64,000 bases of DNA from Candidatus Multivoradales bacterium. Lineage in GTDB: Bacteria; Acidobacteriota; Thermoanaerobaculia; Multivoradales; J023. Below, piece after piece: positions 50,583 through 61,400 of this stretch. The stretch covers positions 1,280,001 to 1,344,000 of the forward strand of contig CBDFLE010000006.1 of assembly GCA_965248925.1 (NCBI GenBank), in the 5' to 3' direction. A program made the position numbers and the translations under genes. Each line of letters starts with the position of its first letter. Positions within the stretch are counted from its first letter, which is position 1. The notes under the pieces are model-generated. The model was not told where the DNA came from. It did not search any database and worked only from the letters and a program-made list of their open reading frames with translations.

Positions 50583-52212
50583 GAGCTTTTTAGTAGCGCA
50601 ACGTGAGTTCCTAGAGAACGTCCGCACCAAGGCTTTCTGGATCGGCATCTTGGTCTTTCCGGTCATGTTGACTCTGGCTTTTATCGTGCCTTCCTTCTTC
50701 GACCGCGCCAAGGCGGCGCGAGAGTACGTGGTGATCGATCACTCAGGCTGGCTGCTCGAGGCAGTCGAAGAGCGGGCCACCCTGCCCGACTTGGAAAAAG
50801 TCCTACGCGAAGCCGTACGCCGAGTCCGCAAGGGCGGCGAAGCAGCAGCTACGCTGCCCAACGCCTTGCGCGAAACCGCCACTCAACTCAACACCGTGCT
50901 GGCCTCCATGGTCGACCAGGACGGCGGCGAGTCACCGATGGCTGACAACATCTATCGCGGTTTCGCCGGCCTGCTGAGTGGCGTCGGCGGCGCTGAGGGC
51001 GGACCGCTGGCCAGCCTCGGCGCTGGTCAAGCAGAGCAGGTGATCGCCAGCCTCAATCTGCTCAAAGACGAAATTCGCCGTTGGTGGCATGATCTGCCGG
51101 CCGATCAGGCCAAGGAATTCGCCGACGGCCGCACCGCCAAAGGGCGCTACGCACGCATCCCGGTCGAAGGTAGCGACGAGGCCGTCATCCAGGATCTCAA
51201 TCGACGGGTCGGCGATGGCGAGCTATTCGCCTACTTCGTGATCAACGCCGACCCCGTGGAGGGCGCGGAGGGCGCCAAATATGTATCGGCAAACCTGACC
51301 GACGACGACTTGCGCGACTGGTTCCAGCGACTGGCGTCGGAAACCGTCCGCGACCGGCGCTTGGCGCAAGAGAACATCAACCCGGAAATCGCCAGCTGGG
51401 TGCAGGAGCCGCTGCGCTTTGCTGCCAAGCAAGTGGGAAAGGGCGGAATCGAGAAGCAGGTCGAAGCGCGCGACATGGTGCGCCAGTGGGCACCGGCAGT
51501 GTTCGTTTATTTGTTGTGGATGGCTATCTTCACCATCGCCAACATGCTGATGACCAACACCATCGAGGAGAAATCCAATCGCATCATGGAAGTACTGTTG
51601 TCCTCGGTCTCGCCGATCGAGCTGATGGCCGGCAAGATCATGGGCATCGCCGCCACTGGCTTGACCCTGGTGGGTTCCTGGGTGCTCTTCTTCATCGTTG
51701 GCTCCCGCTTGCTGCCGCGACTGCTCGGCTTGGACCTCGACTTCGACCTCACGGTGATCACCGCCGATCCGTTCTTCATGGTTTCGTTCGTGGTCTATTT
51801 CGTTCTCGGCTATCTGTTCTACGCCGCGGTGCTGGTCGGCATCGGCTCGGTGTGCAATAGCTTGAAAGAGGCCCAAAACCTGATGGGGCCGATCATGCTG
51901 GTGATGTTCGTACCACTGATGACCATGATGCCGATCGTCGAGGACCCCAACGGCACTTTGGCCAAGGTTCTGTCCTACATCCCGCCGTTCACTCCCTTCG
52001 TGATGATGAACCGAGCGGCGGCACCCCCCACCGGCATGGAATACCTCGTCTCAACCCTGGTGCTGTTGATAGCTGTCGGAGTGGCCTTGTGGGCGGCGGC
52101 CAAGGTCTTCCGCATCGGTATCTTGATGACCGGCAAGCCGCCCAAGATCCGCGAGATCTTCCAGTGGTTGCGGGCGCCGGTGGGGTTGGTTCCCGAGCGC
52201 GATCAGAGCTAG
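50572..52212 (+). CDS. ABC-2 type permease (NatB/YhaP-like)
   Basis: IEEKSNRIMEVLLSS, LMAGKIMG, IPPFTPF; multiple TM helices. Confidence 0.92.
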   Translation: MSNKSFLVAQREFLENVRTKAFWIGILVFPVMLTLAFIVPSFFDRAKAAREYVVIDHSGWLLEAVEERATLPDLEKVLREAVRRVRKGGEAAATLPNALRETATQLNTVLASMVDQDGGESPMADNIYRGFAGLLSGVGGAEGGPLASLGAGQAEQVIASLNLLKDEIRRWWHDLPADQAKEFADGRTAKGRYARIPVEGSDEAVIQDLNRRVGDGELFAYFVINADPVEGAEGAKYVSANLTDDDLRDWFQRLASETVRDRRLAQENINPEIASWVQEPLRFAAKQVGKGGIEKQVEARDMVRQWAPAVFVYLLWMAIFTIANMLMTNTIEEKSNRIMEVLLSSVSPIELMAGKIMGIAATGLTLVGSWVLFFIVGSRLLPRLLGLDLDFDLTVITADPFFMVSFVVYFVLGYLFYAAVLVGIGSVCNSLKEAQNLMGPIMLVMFVPLMTMMPIVEDPNGTLAKVLSYIPPFTPFVMMNRAAAPPTGMEYLVSTLVLLIAVGVALWAAAKVFRIGILMTGKPPKIREIFQWLRAPVGLVPERDQS

Positions 52213-52286
52213 GAAGCCGCGGCACCGCTATCGACTACGACGGATCGACGGAGACAAGCGGCCCCGATCCGGCACATAATCCGTCC

Positions 52287-54053
52287 ATGCGGATCCTCGG
52301 CCTATCGGCCTTCTACCATGAGTCAGCTTGCTGCTTGCTGGCTGATGGCGAGCTGGTCGCGGCAGCGGCCGAGGAACGTTTCTCTCGCCGCAAACACGAC
52401 TCGGGTTTGCCCGTCGCGGCGATGCGCCACTGCTTGGAGAGCGGTGGCATCGACCTGACGGAACTCGATGCGGTGGCCTACTACGAGCAGCCGGTCGACA
52501 AGTTGGCGCGGCAGCTGTGGGCCGGGGTACCGCGGGGGGATCACGATCTCGGCTGGCTCGATCCGCGGCGGGCCGAACGCGCCGTTCGTGAGCGGCTGGG
52601 ATGGGAGGGGCCGCTGCTGAGCTTTCCCCACCATGCTTCGCACGCCGCCAGTGCCTTCTTCTACTCCGGCTTCGAAGATGCCGCCCTGCTGACCAGCGAT
52701 GGGGTCGGCGAATGGGCCACAGCCACCTATGGTCGTGGCGAAGGCACTCAGCTGGAGCTATTCGAGGAGGTCCAGTTTCCTCATTCGCTGGGCTTGCTCT
52801 ACTCCACTCTGACCGCTTTCCTCGGCTTTCGGGTCAACGGTGGGGAATTCAAAGTGATGGGCTTGGCACCTTATGGCAAACCCCGATTCATCGATCAGAT
52901 CTGCCAATTGATCGGCGTCGGCGCCGAGGGTCAACTGGCTCTCCATCTGCGCTACTTCGACTTCCTGCGCGGCCCGCGCATGTGGAGCGACCAACTGCCA
53001 CAGCTGCTTGGTATCGCCGCGCGGACCGCCGAGGGGCCGATCGAGCAAGTGCATCAAGACATCGCCCACAGCCTACAGCTAGTGGTCGAAGAGATCCTGC
53101 TGGAGAAAACCGCCTATCTGGCCCAACGGACCGGGGCGACGAAGCTGGCGATGGCCGGTGGCGTGGCGCTGAACGCGGTCGCCATGGGTCGGATCGCACG
53201 CGAAGGCCCCTTCGACCAGGTGTTCGTGCAGCCCGCCGCGGGCGACTCGGGAGCCTGCCTGGGAGCTGCCGCCCTGGCGCAGATCGAACTCACTGGCAAA
53301 CGCCCCCGAGAGCGCCAGCGGCACACCTTTCTCGGCCCTCGCTACTCGAACGGAGAGATCGCCAGACTGCTGGCCTGTTGCGAGATCGCGGCCGAGGACT
53401 TTCGCCACCGTAGCGACGAATTGCTAGAAGAAGTAGCCCGGCGGCTTGACCAACGGCAGATCATCGGTTGGTTTCACGGCGCCATGGAACACGGACCGCG
53501 AGCTCTCGGCGGGCGCTCGATTCTGGCCAACCCGCTCGATCCACAAGCACGGCAGCGGCTCAACGTCTCGGTCAAGCGGCGCGAGTCCTTCCGTCCTTTC
53601 GCCCCCAGCGTACTGGCCGAAGCCGCCGCTGATCACTTCGAACTCGACCAGCCGGCGCCGTTCATGCTGCAAACTTGCCAAGTGCGCTCACCGCTAGAGC
53701 TGCCGGCGATCACCCATGTCGACGGCTCAGCTCGGCCGCAAACCGTCGACCGGCAAACTTGCCCCCGTTTCGCCGCCCTGATCGATGCCTTCGCCCGCCG
53801 CACCGGCTGCCCGATGCTGGTCAACACCTCGTTCAACCTGCGGCGCGAGCCGATCGTGGCAACACCCCAAGATGCTCTATTGACCGCCGCTACAAGCGGC
53901 CTCGATGCACTGGTGCTGGAAGACTTTCTAATCGATGGTCGGGCGCTACCGAATATTTTGCAAGAACTGCAACCGGCCTGGGATCGCCGCCGCCCGCAAG
54001 CCCTCGGCAGCGGCGCCGATGGTCTTGGTGGCCAGCTGTACACCTTCGTCTGA
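52287..54053 (+). CDS. O-carbamoyltransferase (NodU/CmcH/TobZ family)
   Basis: AFYHES, EERFSR.KH, HHASHAASAF, DGVGE, MGLAPYG, GPRALGGRS, RESFRPFAP, NTSFN. Confidence 0.93.
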   Translation: MRILGLSAFYHESACCLLADGELVAAAAEERFSRRKHDSGLPVAAMRHCLESGGIDLTELDAVAYYEQPVDKLARQLWAGVPRGDHDLGWLDPRRAERAVRERLGWEGPLLSFPHHASHAASAFFYSGFEDAALLTSDGVGEWATATYGRGEGTQLELFEEVQFPHSLGLLYSTLTAFLGFRVNGGEFKVMGLAPYGKPRFIDQICQLIGVGAEGQLALHLRYFDFLRGPRMWSDQLPQLLGIAARTAEGPIEQVHQDIAHSLQLVVEEILLEKTAYLAQRTGATKLAMAGGVALNAVAMGRIAREGPFDQVFVQPAAGDSGACLGAAALAQIELTGKRPRERQRHTFLGPRYSNGEIARLLACCEIAAEDFRHRSDELLEEVARRLDQRQIIGWFHGAMEHGPRALGGRSILANPLDPQARQRLNVSVKRRESFRPFAPSVLAEAAADHFELDQPAPFMLQTCQVRSPLELPAITHVDGSARPQTVDRQTCPRFAALIDAFARRTGCPMLVNTSFNLRREPIVATPQDALLTAATSGLDALVLEDFLIDGRALPNILQELQPAWDRRRPQALGSGADGLGGQLYTFV

Positions 54054-56218
54054 TGGCCGCCAACGACAGTCGCCAGAGTTCCCCCCGACACCGCGCCGCC
54101 GGTGAACTCGCCAAGCTTCTAGACACCCCGGAAGGCGCCCGCACCGCCCGTCTGCTGCAACAGCTCGGAACCTTCGCCGATGAACCCTCGGTCGCGATCG
54201 CCGAGGTCCAGCCCGAGCCGCCAAAGTCCGCCCCGCGACCGATTGGCATCTGGCAGCCGCGGCAGCTCGACGGTGAACTGATCTTCGAGCGCCCGCCGCT
54301 CTCGCCACTCGGCGATCACCACGCCAGCATTCACCAGCTGCGGGCCACCAAGCCGGCCGGCTGCCGGCGCCTCGGATGGTTTGGCGAATCAGCCGCCGCC
54401 GGCTACCTCTATGCTCCTCACTGGACACCGGCCCAGCTGATCGAAGGACAGTTGGCGCATCGCGCCGACCAGCCGTGGCAGGTGATCGATCTCGCCCGCA
54501 CCAACGAGCGACTGGCGCCAATGATCGAGCGCATCGACGCCGCCCGCCAACTCGATCTTGACCTGTGGGTGATCTACGCCGGCAACAACTGGCCCTTGCT
54601 GGAAATGCCCGAGACCTCGGCCTACCACTCCGGAATCCGCTCGCGCCAACGCTGGGCGGCGGCCTGGCGGCGCCACGGACCCAGCGGCCCCCGCCGCCAA
54701 GCTCAGCAGCAGCTCGAGCAACGGATCCTCTCCGCCCTGGACCAGCTCAAGCGACTAGCCGACGGTACACCGGTGCTTTGGGTCGTGCCAGAAGTCAACC
54801 TGGCGGATTGGCAGACCGCTCAGCCGCCGACTTGGCTAGCAGGCGATGGCGCCACTCGCTGGCACCGGCTCTACCAAGACGCTCGCCAAGGGCTAGCCGC
54901 CAAGGACCTTGACCGGATCCTGCGAGCCGCCAAAGCGATGAGCGACCTGGACCAGGGCGATAACCCCACCCCCTACCGCTTGCAAGCCGAGGCTCACCTC
55001 TTGGCCCAGCGTCCAGTGGCCGCCAGACGAGCCGCGCGCGCCGCTATCGACCGGCAGTCCTACGCCAATCTGGCGATGCTGGCGGCACCACAAGCCAACA
55101 GCTCGGTGATCGAACTATTGCGCCAAACCGTGACCGACAGAGGTTGGCAACTAGTCGATCTGCCACAGATCATCGAGCGGCAAGACCCTCAGCGACTCGC
55201 CGATCGCCGCCTATTCCTCGACTACTGCCATTTGCAGGCGGATGGGCTGCGCCTATTGGCCACCGCGGTGGTCGATGAAGTGCTGCCAGGCTCAGCGGTA
55301 GCCGGTCCAGATCACCGTGCGAGAGATGAAACTGAGGATCTTCCAACCGCCGCCGTCGAGGCTACCGCCTGCTTAGGAGCGGCGGTTCACAGCGCCCATC
55401 GTCTTCTGAGCAGCGGCGACAAAGTCGCCTCGCTGAGAGCCTGGCTCGAAGACGCTCTGAGCGCCGATCCCGGTTGCGAAGCAGCGATGCTCGACTTGCT
55501 CGAAGCCCGCATCAGCCTACCCGGAGAAGAGCTGCTGAGCGCTGCCCAACGTCGCAATCTCGATTCACCCTATCCGCTGGGGCTCCAGCATGGCTGGCGC
55601 TGGGAGCATCTCGACTGTGATCTCTTAGAAGCGATATGCCAAGCACTCGAACCCCGAAGAGCCAACATCCGGCAATGGTTGGCAAACTTGTTGGTCGAAC
55701 ACCATGCTGCCGACCAGCACCCTCGCCAGTTGGCCACCGCGCCCTACTTGTGGGAGCCACTTGCCCAGTTGTTTCCCGCGGCGATCGGCGACAGCAGCGC
55801 CCTGCGGCTGATGCTGCGCTCCGCCTGGCCAACCACCCGGCTATGCCTGATCGCCAGTGGCGAGTCACCCTTGGCACTGCACAGCGTCGCCCGCCTGGCA
55901 CCCACCCCTGGCCTTGACCCAGATCGTCGAGGCAGCGCCAGCTGGCAGCTCAACGGCCGTCCGATCGGTCAACAGCAACTCGGCTGTAGCTGGCAGAAAC
56001 AGGCGTTGGTGGTGGCGCCTGAGAACCTGCAACGAGGTCTAAACTGCTTGACTGTGCTCTGGCCACCCCTACCACCCCAAGGCGAGGCCGCCTTAGAAGC
56101 CGCCTTACGCCGGTTGGAAGAAGGAATCGAAGCCGACCTACACCCGATTTTCGGTGAGTTGGCCTCGTTGAGAGCCGGACCAGTCGCCCGGCCGCCGACC
56201 CACGAGCTTGGCCGATGA
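54053..56218 (+). CDS. SGNH-hydrolase-like protein
   Basis: FGESAAAG, IYAGNNW, FLDYCHL (DxxH); TGATG overlap with the carbamoyltransferase stop. Confidence 0.65.
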   Translation: MAANDSRQSSPRHRAAGELAKLLDTPEGARTARLLQQLGTFADEPSVAIAEVQPEPPKSAPRPIGIWQPRQLDGELIFERPPLSPLGDHHASIHQLRATKPAGCRRLGWFGESAAAGYLYAPHWTPAQLIEGQLAHRADQPWQVIDLARTNERLAPMIERIDAARQLDLDLWVIYAGNNWPLLEMPETSAYHSGIRSRQRWAAAWRRHGPSGPRRQAQQQLEQRILSALDQLKRLADGTPVLWVVPEVNLADWQTAQPPTWLAGDGATRWHRLYQDARQGLAAKDLDRILRAAKAMSDLDQGDNPTPYRLQAEAHLLAQRPVAARRAARAAIDRQSYANLAMLAAPQANSSVIELLRQTVTDRGWQLVDLPQIIERQDPQRLADRRLFLDYCHLQADGLRLLATAVVDEVLPGSAVAGPDHRARDETEDLPTAAVEATACLGAAVHSAHRLLSSGDKVASLRAWLEDALSADPGCEAAMLDLLEARISLPGEELLSAAQRRNLDSPYPLGLQHGWRWEHLDCDLLEAICQALEPRRANIRQWLANLLVEHHAADQHPRQLATAPYLWEPLAQLFPAAIGDSSALRLMLRSAWPTTRLCLIASGESPLALHSVARLAPTPGLDPDRRGSASWQLNGRPIGQQQLGCSWQKQALVVAPENLQRGLNCLTVLWPPLPPQGEAALEAALRRLEEGIEADLHPIFGELASLRAGPVARPPTHELGR

Positions 56219-57870
56219 TCCCCGCCACCAACGCCTTCCCGGCTCACCTGGCGATCTTGCTCGAAGCAGGATTGTTACTCGCTTGGCTAACCGTGGCCGG
56301 ATATCGACCGCGACTCGGCGAGCGCCTCGACAGATGGCTGAACCGATGGCTCAGGCGCTGGGCGCGGCGACCTCGCCGAACCCTGCTGATCCTGGCCCTG
56401 GCCACCGCCACCGGCAACGCCGCGGTGGTTTGGCAAGCTGGCTTCCCGGAACCCGACGTGGCCGACGAGTTCAGCTATCTGCTAGCCGCCGACACCTTCG
56501 CCCACGGCCGGCTGGCCAACCCCCAGCACCCAATGTGGCAGCACTTCGAATCGCTGCATGTAATCCAAGACCCTACCCACAGCTCGAAATACCCACCTGC
56601 TCAAGGTTTGCTCCTGGCCGTTGGCCAACGACTCGGCGGCCATCCTGGAGTCGGACTGTGGCTCGGTTCGGCATTGCTGGTAGCAGCAGCGGGCTGGATG
56701 CTACTCGGCTGGCTACCGCCTCCCTGGGCGATCTACGGCAGTCTGTGGGTCGCCCTGCACCTCGGCATCGGCAGCTATTGGAATCAGACCTATTGGGGAG
56801 GCTCGCTAGCCGCAATGGGCGGTGCGCTGCTTTACGGTGCCCTGCCCCGCCTGCTCAAACGGCCACGCCCCCGAGACGCCGTCTTGCTTGCCCTCGGAGT
56901 GGCATTGCTGGCCAACACTCGACCGTGGGAGGGTCTGGTGGTCTGCCTGCCGGTGACGGTGGTCTTGGCGGGTTGGCTGCTACATCGACCCCAACGAGCG
57001 ACGAGCCGATTTCTCCTGCCAGCCAGCGGCGTGTTGCTCGCCACCGTCGCCTGCATGCTGATTTACAACCAGCGCGGCAGCGGCGATGCGCTACGCATGC
57101 CTTACCAAGTCCACGAGGCGACCTATGCCGTACGCCCGCTGTTCTTGTGGCAGGACTTCCGTCCCGAGCCCCAGTACCGCCACCCGGAGATGCGCGACTA
57201 CCACCTGGGTTACGCCCGCCGAGTGCCGCAGACACCAAGTTGGCCCCGGAGAGCCTTAGTCAGTGGCTGGAATAGGGTCGCCACTCAGCTCTACTTCGTG
57301 CTCGGCCTCGGACTTGTCCCAGCGCTGCTGGCCTTGCCCCTGGCTTGGCACCGGCACTGGGCGCGCCTACTAGTCGGCAGTGGCGCCCTGCTCGCTCTGG
57401 CCAACGCGGTTAGCCATGCCTGGTGGCCGCATTACAGCGCACCCTTAGCTGTGCCATTGCTGGCTCTCAGCCTGATCTGCCTGCGCCATGCGCGAGCCTG
57501 GCACCGCCGCCAAGCGCGGGGTCGGTGGCTGCCCATCGCCGCCCTGTCGATCTGCGTGGCCAGCCTGGTAGTGCAGCTACCCTTCTTGCGCCCCGCCGCC
57601 GAAGAACGCGGCCAGCGCCGAGCACGCATTGAAGAGCAGCTACACGCCCATGGCGGCAAACACCTGGTTTTCGTCCACTACACCGCGATTGGCGCCGAGT
57701 GGGTTTACAACGCAGCCGACATCGACCGAGCACAAATCGTCTGGGCGCGGCAAATGGGAGCACGCGACCAGGAGTTGATCGACTACTACCCAGAGCGCAA
57801 AGCCTGGAGCTTGGACCTCGACCCAATGACGCGACAGATTTCACTGAAACGCCTGCCAGCAGCGAGCTGA
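56215..57870 (+). CDS. Multi-TM GT-C-fold glycosyltransferase-like protein
   Basis: PDVADEFSYLLAADTFAHGRL, SKYPP, RPWEG; many TM helices. Confidence 0.75.
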   Translation: MIPATNAFPAHLAILLEAGLLLAWLTVAGYRPRLGERLDRWLNRWLRRWARRPRRTLLILALATATGNAAVVWQAGFPEPDVADEFSYLLAADTFAHGRLANPQHPMWQHFESLHVIQDPTHSSKYPPAQGLLLAVGQRLGGHPGVGLWLGSALLVAAAGWMLLGWLPPPWAIYGSLWVALHLGIGSYWNQTYWGGSLAAMGGALLYGALPRLLKRPRPRDAVLLALGVALLANTRPWEGLVVCLPVTVVLAGWLLHRPQRATSRFLLPASGVLLATVACMLIYNQRGSGDALRMPYQVHEATYAVRPLFLWQDFRPEPQYRHPEMRDYHLGYARRVPQTPSWPRRALVSGWNRVATQLYFVLGLGLVPALLALPLAWHRHWARLLVGSGALLALANAVSHAWWPHYSAPLAVPLLALSLICLRHARAWHRRQARGRWLPIAALSICVASLVVQLPFLRPAAEERGQRRARIEEQLHAHGGKHLVFVHYTAIGAEWVYNAADIDRAQIVWARQMGARDQELIDYYPERKAWSLDLDPMTRQISLKRLPAAS

Positions 57871-58011
57871 TATCAAATCCTAAACTCTCTCCTTTCAAAT
57901 ACTTATACAGTAAAAACCACCAAATATCGAAACCTTGTAACTTCTCGGCTCTTCGTGCGCCTATAAGTAGTGAAAGCAACTTAGCCACAAAACCAACTGA
58001 AGGGTGAAGCG

Positions 58012-58440
58012 ATGCACCGAAGAAGATTCTGCCTGAATACTGCCCCCCTGCTGCTCCTGGCCTGCCTGGCCACAGCTCCGCTCCTGGCTCAATGCGACAA
58101 CAATCCGATCGCGGTTGACGACGAAGTGCTGCTCGCCGCCACTCCAGTGCTGATCGACGTGCTGGCCAATGACCAAGAGCCCGACGGCGAGGCCCTCCGC
58201 CTGACGGTCCTCTCGACCACTTGTCCACTGGCCTTCGAGGTGCTTTTTGATGTCGTCCGGCTGACCCCGACCCCGGCGGTGCGAACGGCTTGCACGGTGA
58301 CCTACCGAATCGAAGATGAGTCGCAGAATTTCGCCACGGCCACAATCAACGTGACCCCGAACGGACCTTTATTTGCCGACGGCTTCGAAACCGGGAATAG
58401 CTCGCAGTGGACCGAAACTTGCGCCAGCGCCAGCTGCTAG
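58012..58440 (+). CDS. Secreted Ig-like (Big_9/cadherin-like) protein with FADGFE tail
   Basis: Signal peptide; PIAVDD...IDVLAND..PDG; LFADGFETG. Confidence 0.8.
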   Translation: MHRRRFCLNTAPLLLLACLATAPLLAQCDNNPIAVDDEVLLAATPVLIDVLANDQEPDGEALRLTVLSTTCPLAFEVLFDVVRLTPTPAVRTACTVTYRIEDESQNFATATINVTPNGPLFADGFETGNSSQWTETCASASC

Positions 58441-58452
58441 GGGAGAACAATC

Positions 58453-61400
58453 ATGCGAATTAGACCTCTCACTTTCATCCTTCTCGGCCTCTGCATCGCC
58501 CTGCCGCTAACCGCGCAACTCCCCCCGAGCCACCAGCGCGGAGTGACCGCCGACACCGCCTACCAAATCGGCGACCTGGATCAGATCAATCTCTTCAACG
58601 GCAGCCTGACCGTATCTTTGCCGATCGGCATCACCTATCCGGTCGGCCCATCCCTGAGCTTCAGCCTGACCGCCTCGTACAGCTCAGGAGGCTGGGAGTA
58701 CGACGAGAACCACCAATGCCAAGACATCAACCCGCCCTTCGCGCTGCGTACCTACAGCCTGCCGATCCAGGATCTCAAGACGCAGGCCGGCTTCGGCTGG
58801 AGAGTCAGCCTAGGAGAGCTGATCGCGCCACGTAACAGTCCGACGACAACGCCTGAGATTTACGTCGATCCAAGTGGCGGCGAGCACAGGTTTTATACCG
58901 AGCTGCATCCCGGCGGCTTCCCGGCGACACCGCAGCCCAGCACCTGGTTCACCAACGACAGCACGTACCTCCGTCTACGCAAGCGCAATCCGGGGGTGTG
59001 CGAGCTGCCGTCTGGCACCTTTGTCGATCAGAGCTGCTACACGGTAGAATTTTCTGGCGGCGAGCTGCATGAGTTCCATAACTACGCCTCCGTCGGCGAT
59101 CTCTGGCGCTTGACTCGGATGGAGGATCGCTTCGGCAATTGGATCAATGTGCGCTATGCCAACGATGGCGACTGGACATTGACCGACAGCCAAGGGCGCA
59201 CTCACACGGTGGACTTTGTCGGTGGCAGAGTCGCCACCGTGAGGCTCGAAGCCTTCGGCAGCCAAAGCAACTCGACCTTCCTCTTTCAGTACCGCACCGA
59301 GACCCTCGAACGGCAGTTCGGTTTCCGCCCCGGCTGCGTGCCGATAGCCGAGCACACCCTCACCACCCAGGTGCTCGACCGGGTGGTGTTGCCCGATGGT
59401 TCGTTCTACGAGATGGACTACCTGACCGTCGACAACCTGCTCTCGGGCGGCTTGTCGAAGCTGCGCCTGCCCACCGGCGGCGCCTACGGCTACGACTACC
59501 AGCTCTTCCCCTTCCAGACCCAGCTGGCCGACCTCTTCCACGCTCCCGATTGGGGCACGGTGGCGCGGGGAGTCAAGAGCAAGCATCTCTTCCTCGACGA
59601 CGGCGACACCACCCCCTACGCCACCTGGAGCTACACCTACGACACCGCAAACCCGCAAGCCCCCGGCGATCCGCTGGGCCACCCCTGCTTCCACTCGATG
59701 AAAGTGACTGATCCACTGGGCTTCGAGACGGTGAGCTATTTCTCCACCGTCGGCGCCAACAATCGCTGGTCCTACGGCCTGCCCTACACCTACTGCGATC
59801 CCATCAGCGGCAGCTTCTCAGAAGCCGGCCCCTTCCTTTCCCAAGAACTCTTCAACGCTGGCGGAACCAAGCTCCGCTCGATCTTCGTTGAGTTCGACAG
59901 CGATGGCCGCGACGCCGGCAACTACAACGAGAAGGCCCACCGCTTGCGCTATCGCAAGGAGACCTTCCACGACGACGGCGGCAAGTTCCGCGAAGTCACC
60001 TTCTCGGACTTCGATGGCCTGGGCCACTTCCGCACCATGACCACCGGCGGCAACTTCGGCGCCGCCGACGTGCGCACCAGCAGCACCACCTACAACCCCA
60101 ACAGCGGCACCTACATCATCGCCAACCCCGACGACAGCTCGATTGATCCGGCAACCGATTTCGTGCTGCCAAGCCACAACGCACGCTGGATCTTGGAGAC
60201 CTGGGACGAGCAGTCGGTGAGCGAAGGCGGGACCACCGAGAAAGCGGAGTTCTGCTTCAACAGCACCACCGGCTTCCTCGAACGCCGCCGCCAGCTGGCC
60301 GGTAGCAATCGCCAGAGCCGCGACGTGGTGAGCCTCCTCACCTCGAGCAACGGCTTCGTCACCCGCCAGCGGGTCTATGGCGGCGACACCCAGAACCTCG
60401 GCACCGGCTCCTTGTGCAGCCTCAGCTTGTCCGGCCCGACCTACCGCACCGACCACGTCTACGCCAGTGGCAGCCTGCGCAAGTCGACGGCGGTGGACTG
60501 CACCGGCACCGCGATCCTCACCCTGGCCGACTACGACATCGACTCAGACACCGGCCTGGTGGCCACCAGCCGCGACGCAGCGGGCCTGGGCACCAGTTTC
60601 ACCTACGATCGCTTGGGCCGCTTGACCGGCCAGCGCCCGGCCGAGCTGGGCTGGACCCAGTGGACCTACACCCTGCCCACCACCGCCAACCCCAGTCTTG
60701 CCCCCAAGCTCACCGAGCAACAGTGCCAGCCCTTCCAGACCTCCTGCAGCGGCACCGACCTGATGAGCTTCCGCGAGCACCGCTACGACGGCCTCGGCCG
60801 GCGGCTGCAAGAAACCGTGCGCATCCCCGTCGCCAACGCTGGCCAGACCGAGCTCTGGCATCGCTACACGACCTGGAACCCACGTCACTGGAAGACGGAC
60901 GAGTCGGTGTGGACCACCGCCTCAGCGGCCGGCGAAAGCCGCCGCACGACCTACCTCGCCTACGACCGCTTCGGCCGCCCCGGCCGGGTCAAGCCGCCAG
61001 AACAGCCGGCGACCTTCTTCACCTACCAGGGCGACCGGGTACAGACCCGGCGCTTCAAAGTGCAGCTGACCAGTGGCCAGCAGGACACCTACGTCACCGA
61101 GATCATGGACGGCCAGGGCCGTCTGGCCGAGGTCTGCGAGGGCAGTTCCGCCGCCTGGTCTGGCAGCTGTGGTGGTGGCGGTCTGCTGACCCGCTATTCC
61201 TATGACGATGGTGGCAGACTGACCAAAGTGTGCCAGAACCTCAGCGGCTCGACCTGCGGCCAGACCCGCTTGTTCGACTATGACGGTCGCGGTTTCCTAC
61301 TCTCCGAGACCCATCCCGAGATCGGACCCTCGGGCAACGGCCGCATCGATTACCGCTTCGACGCCGGCGGCAACGCCACCTCCAAAGATCTGATCGGCAG

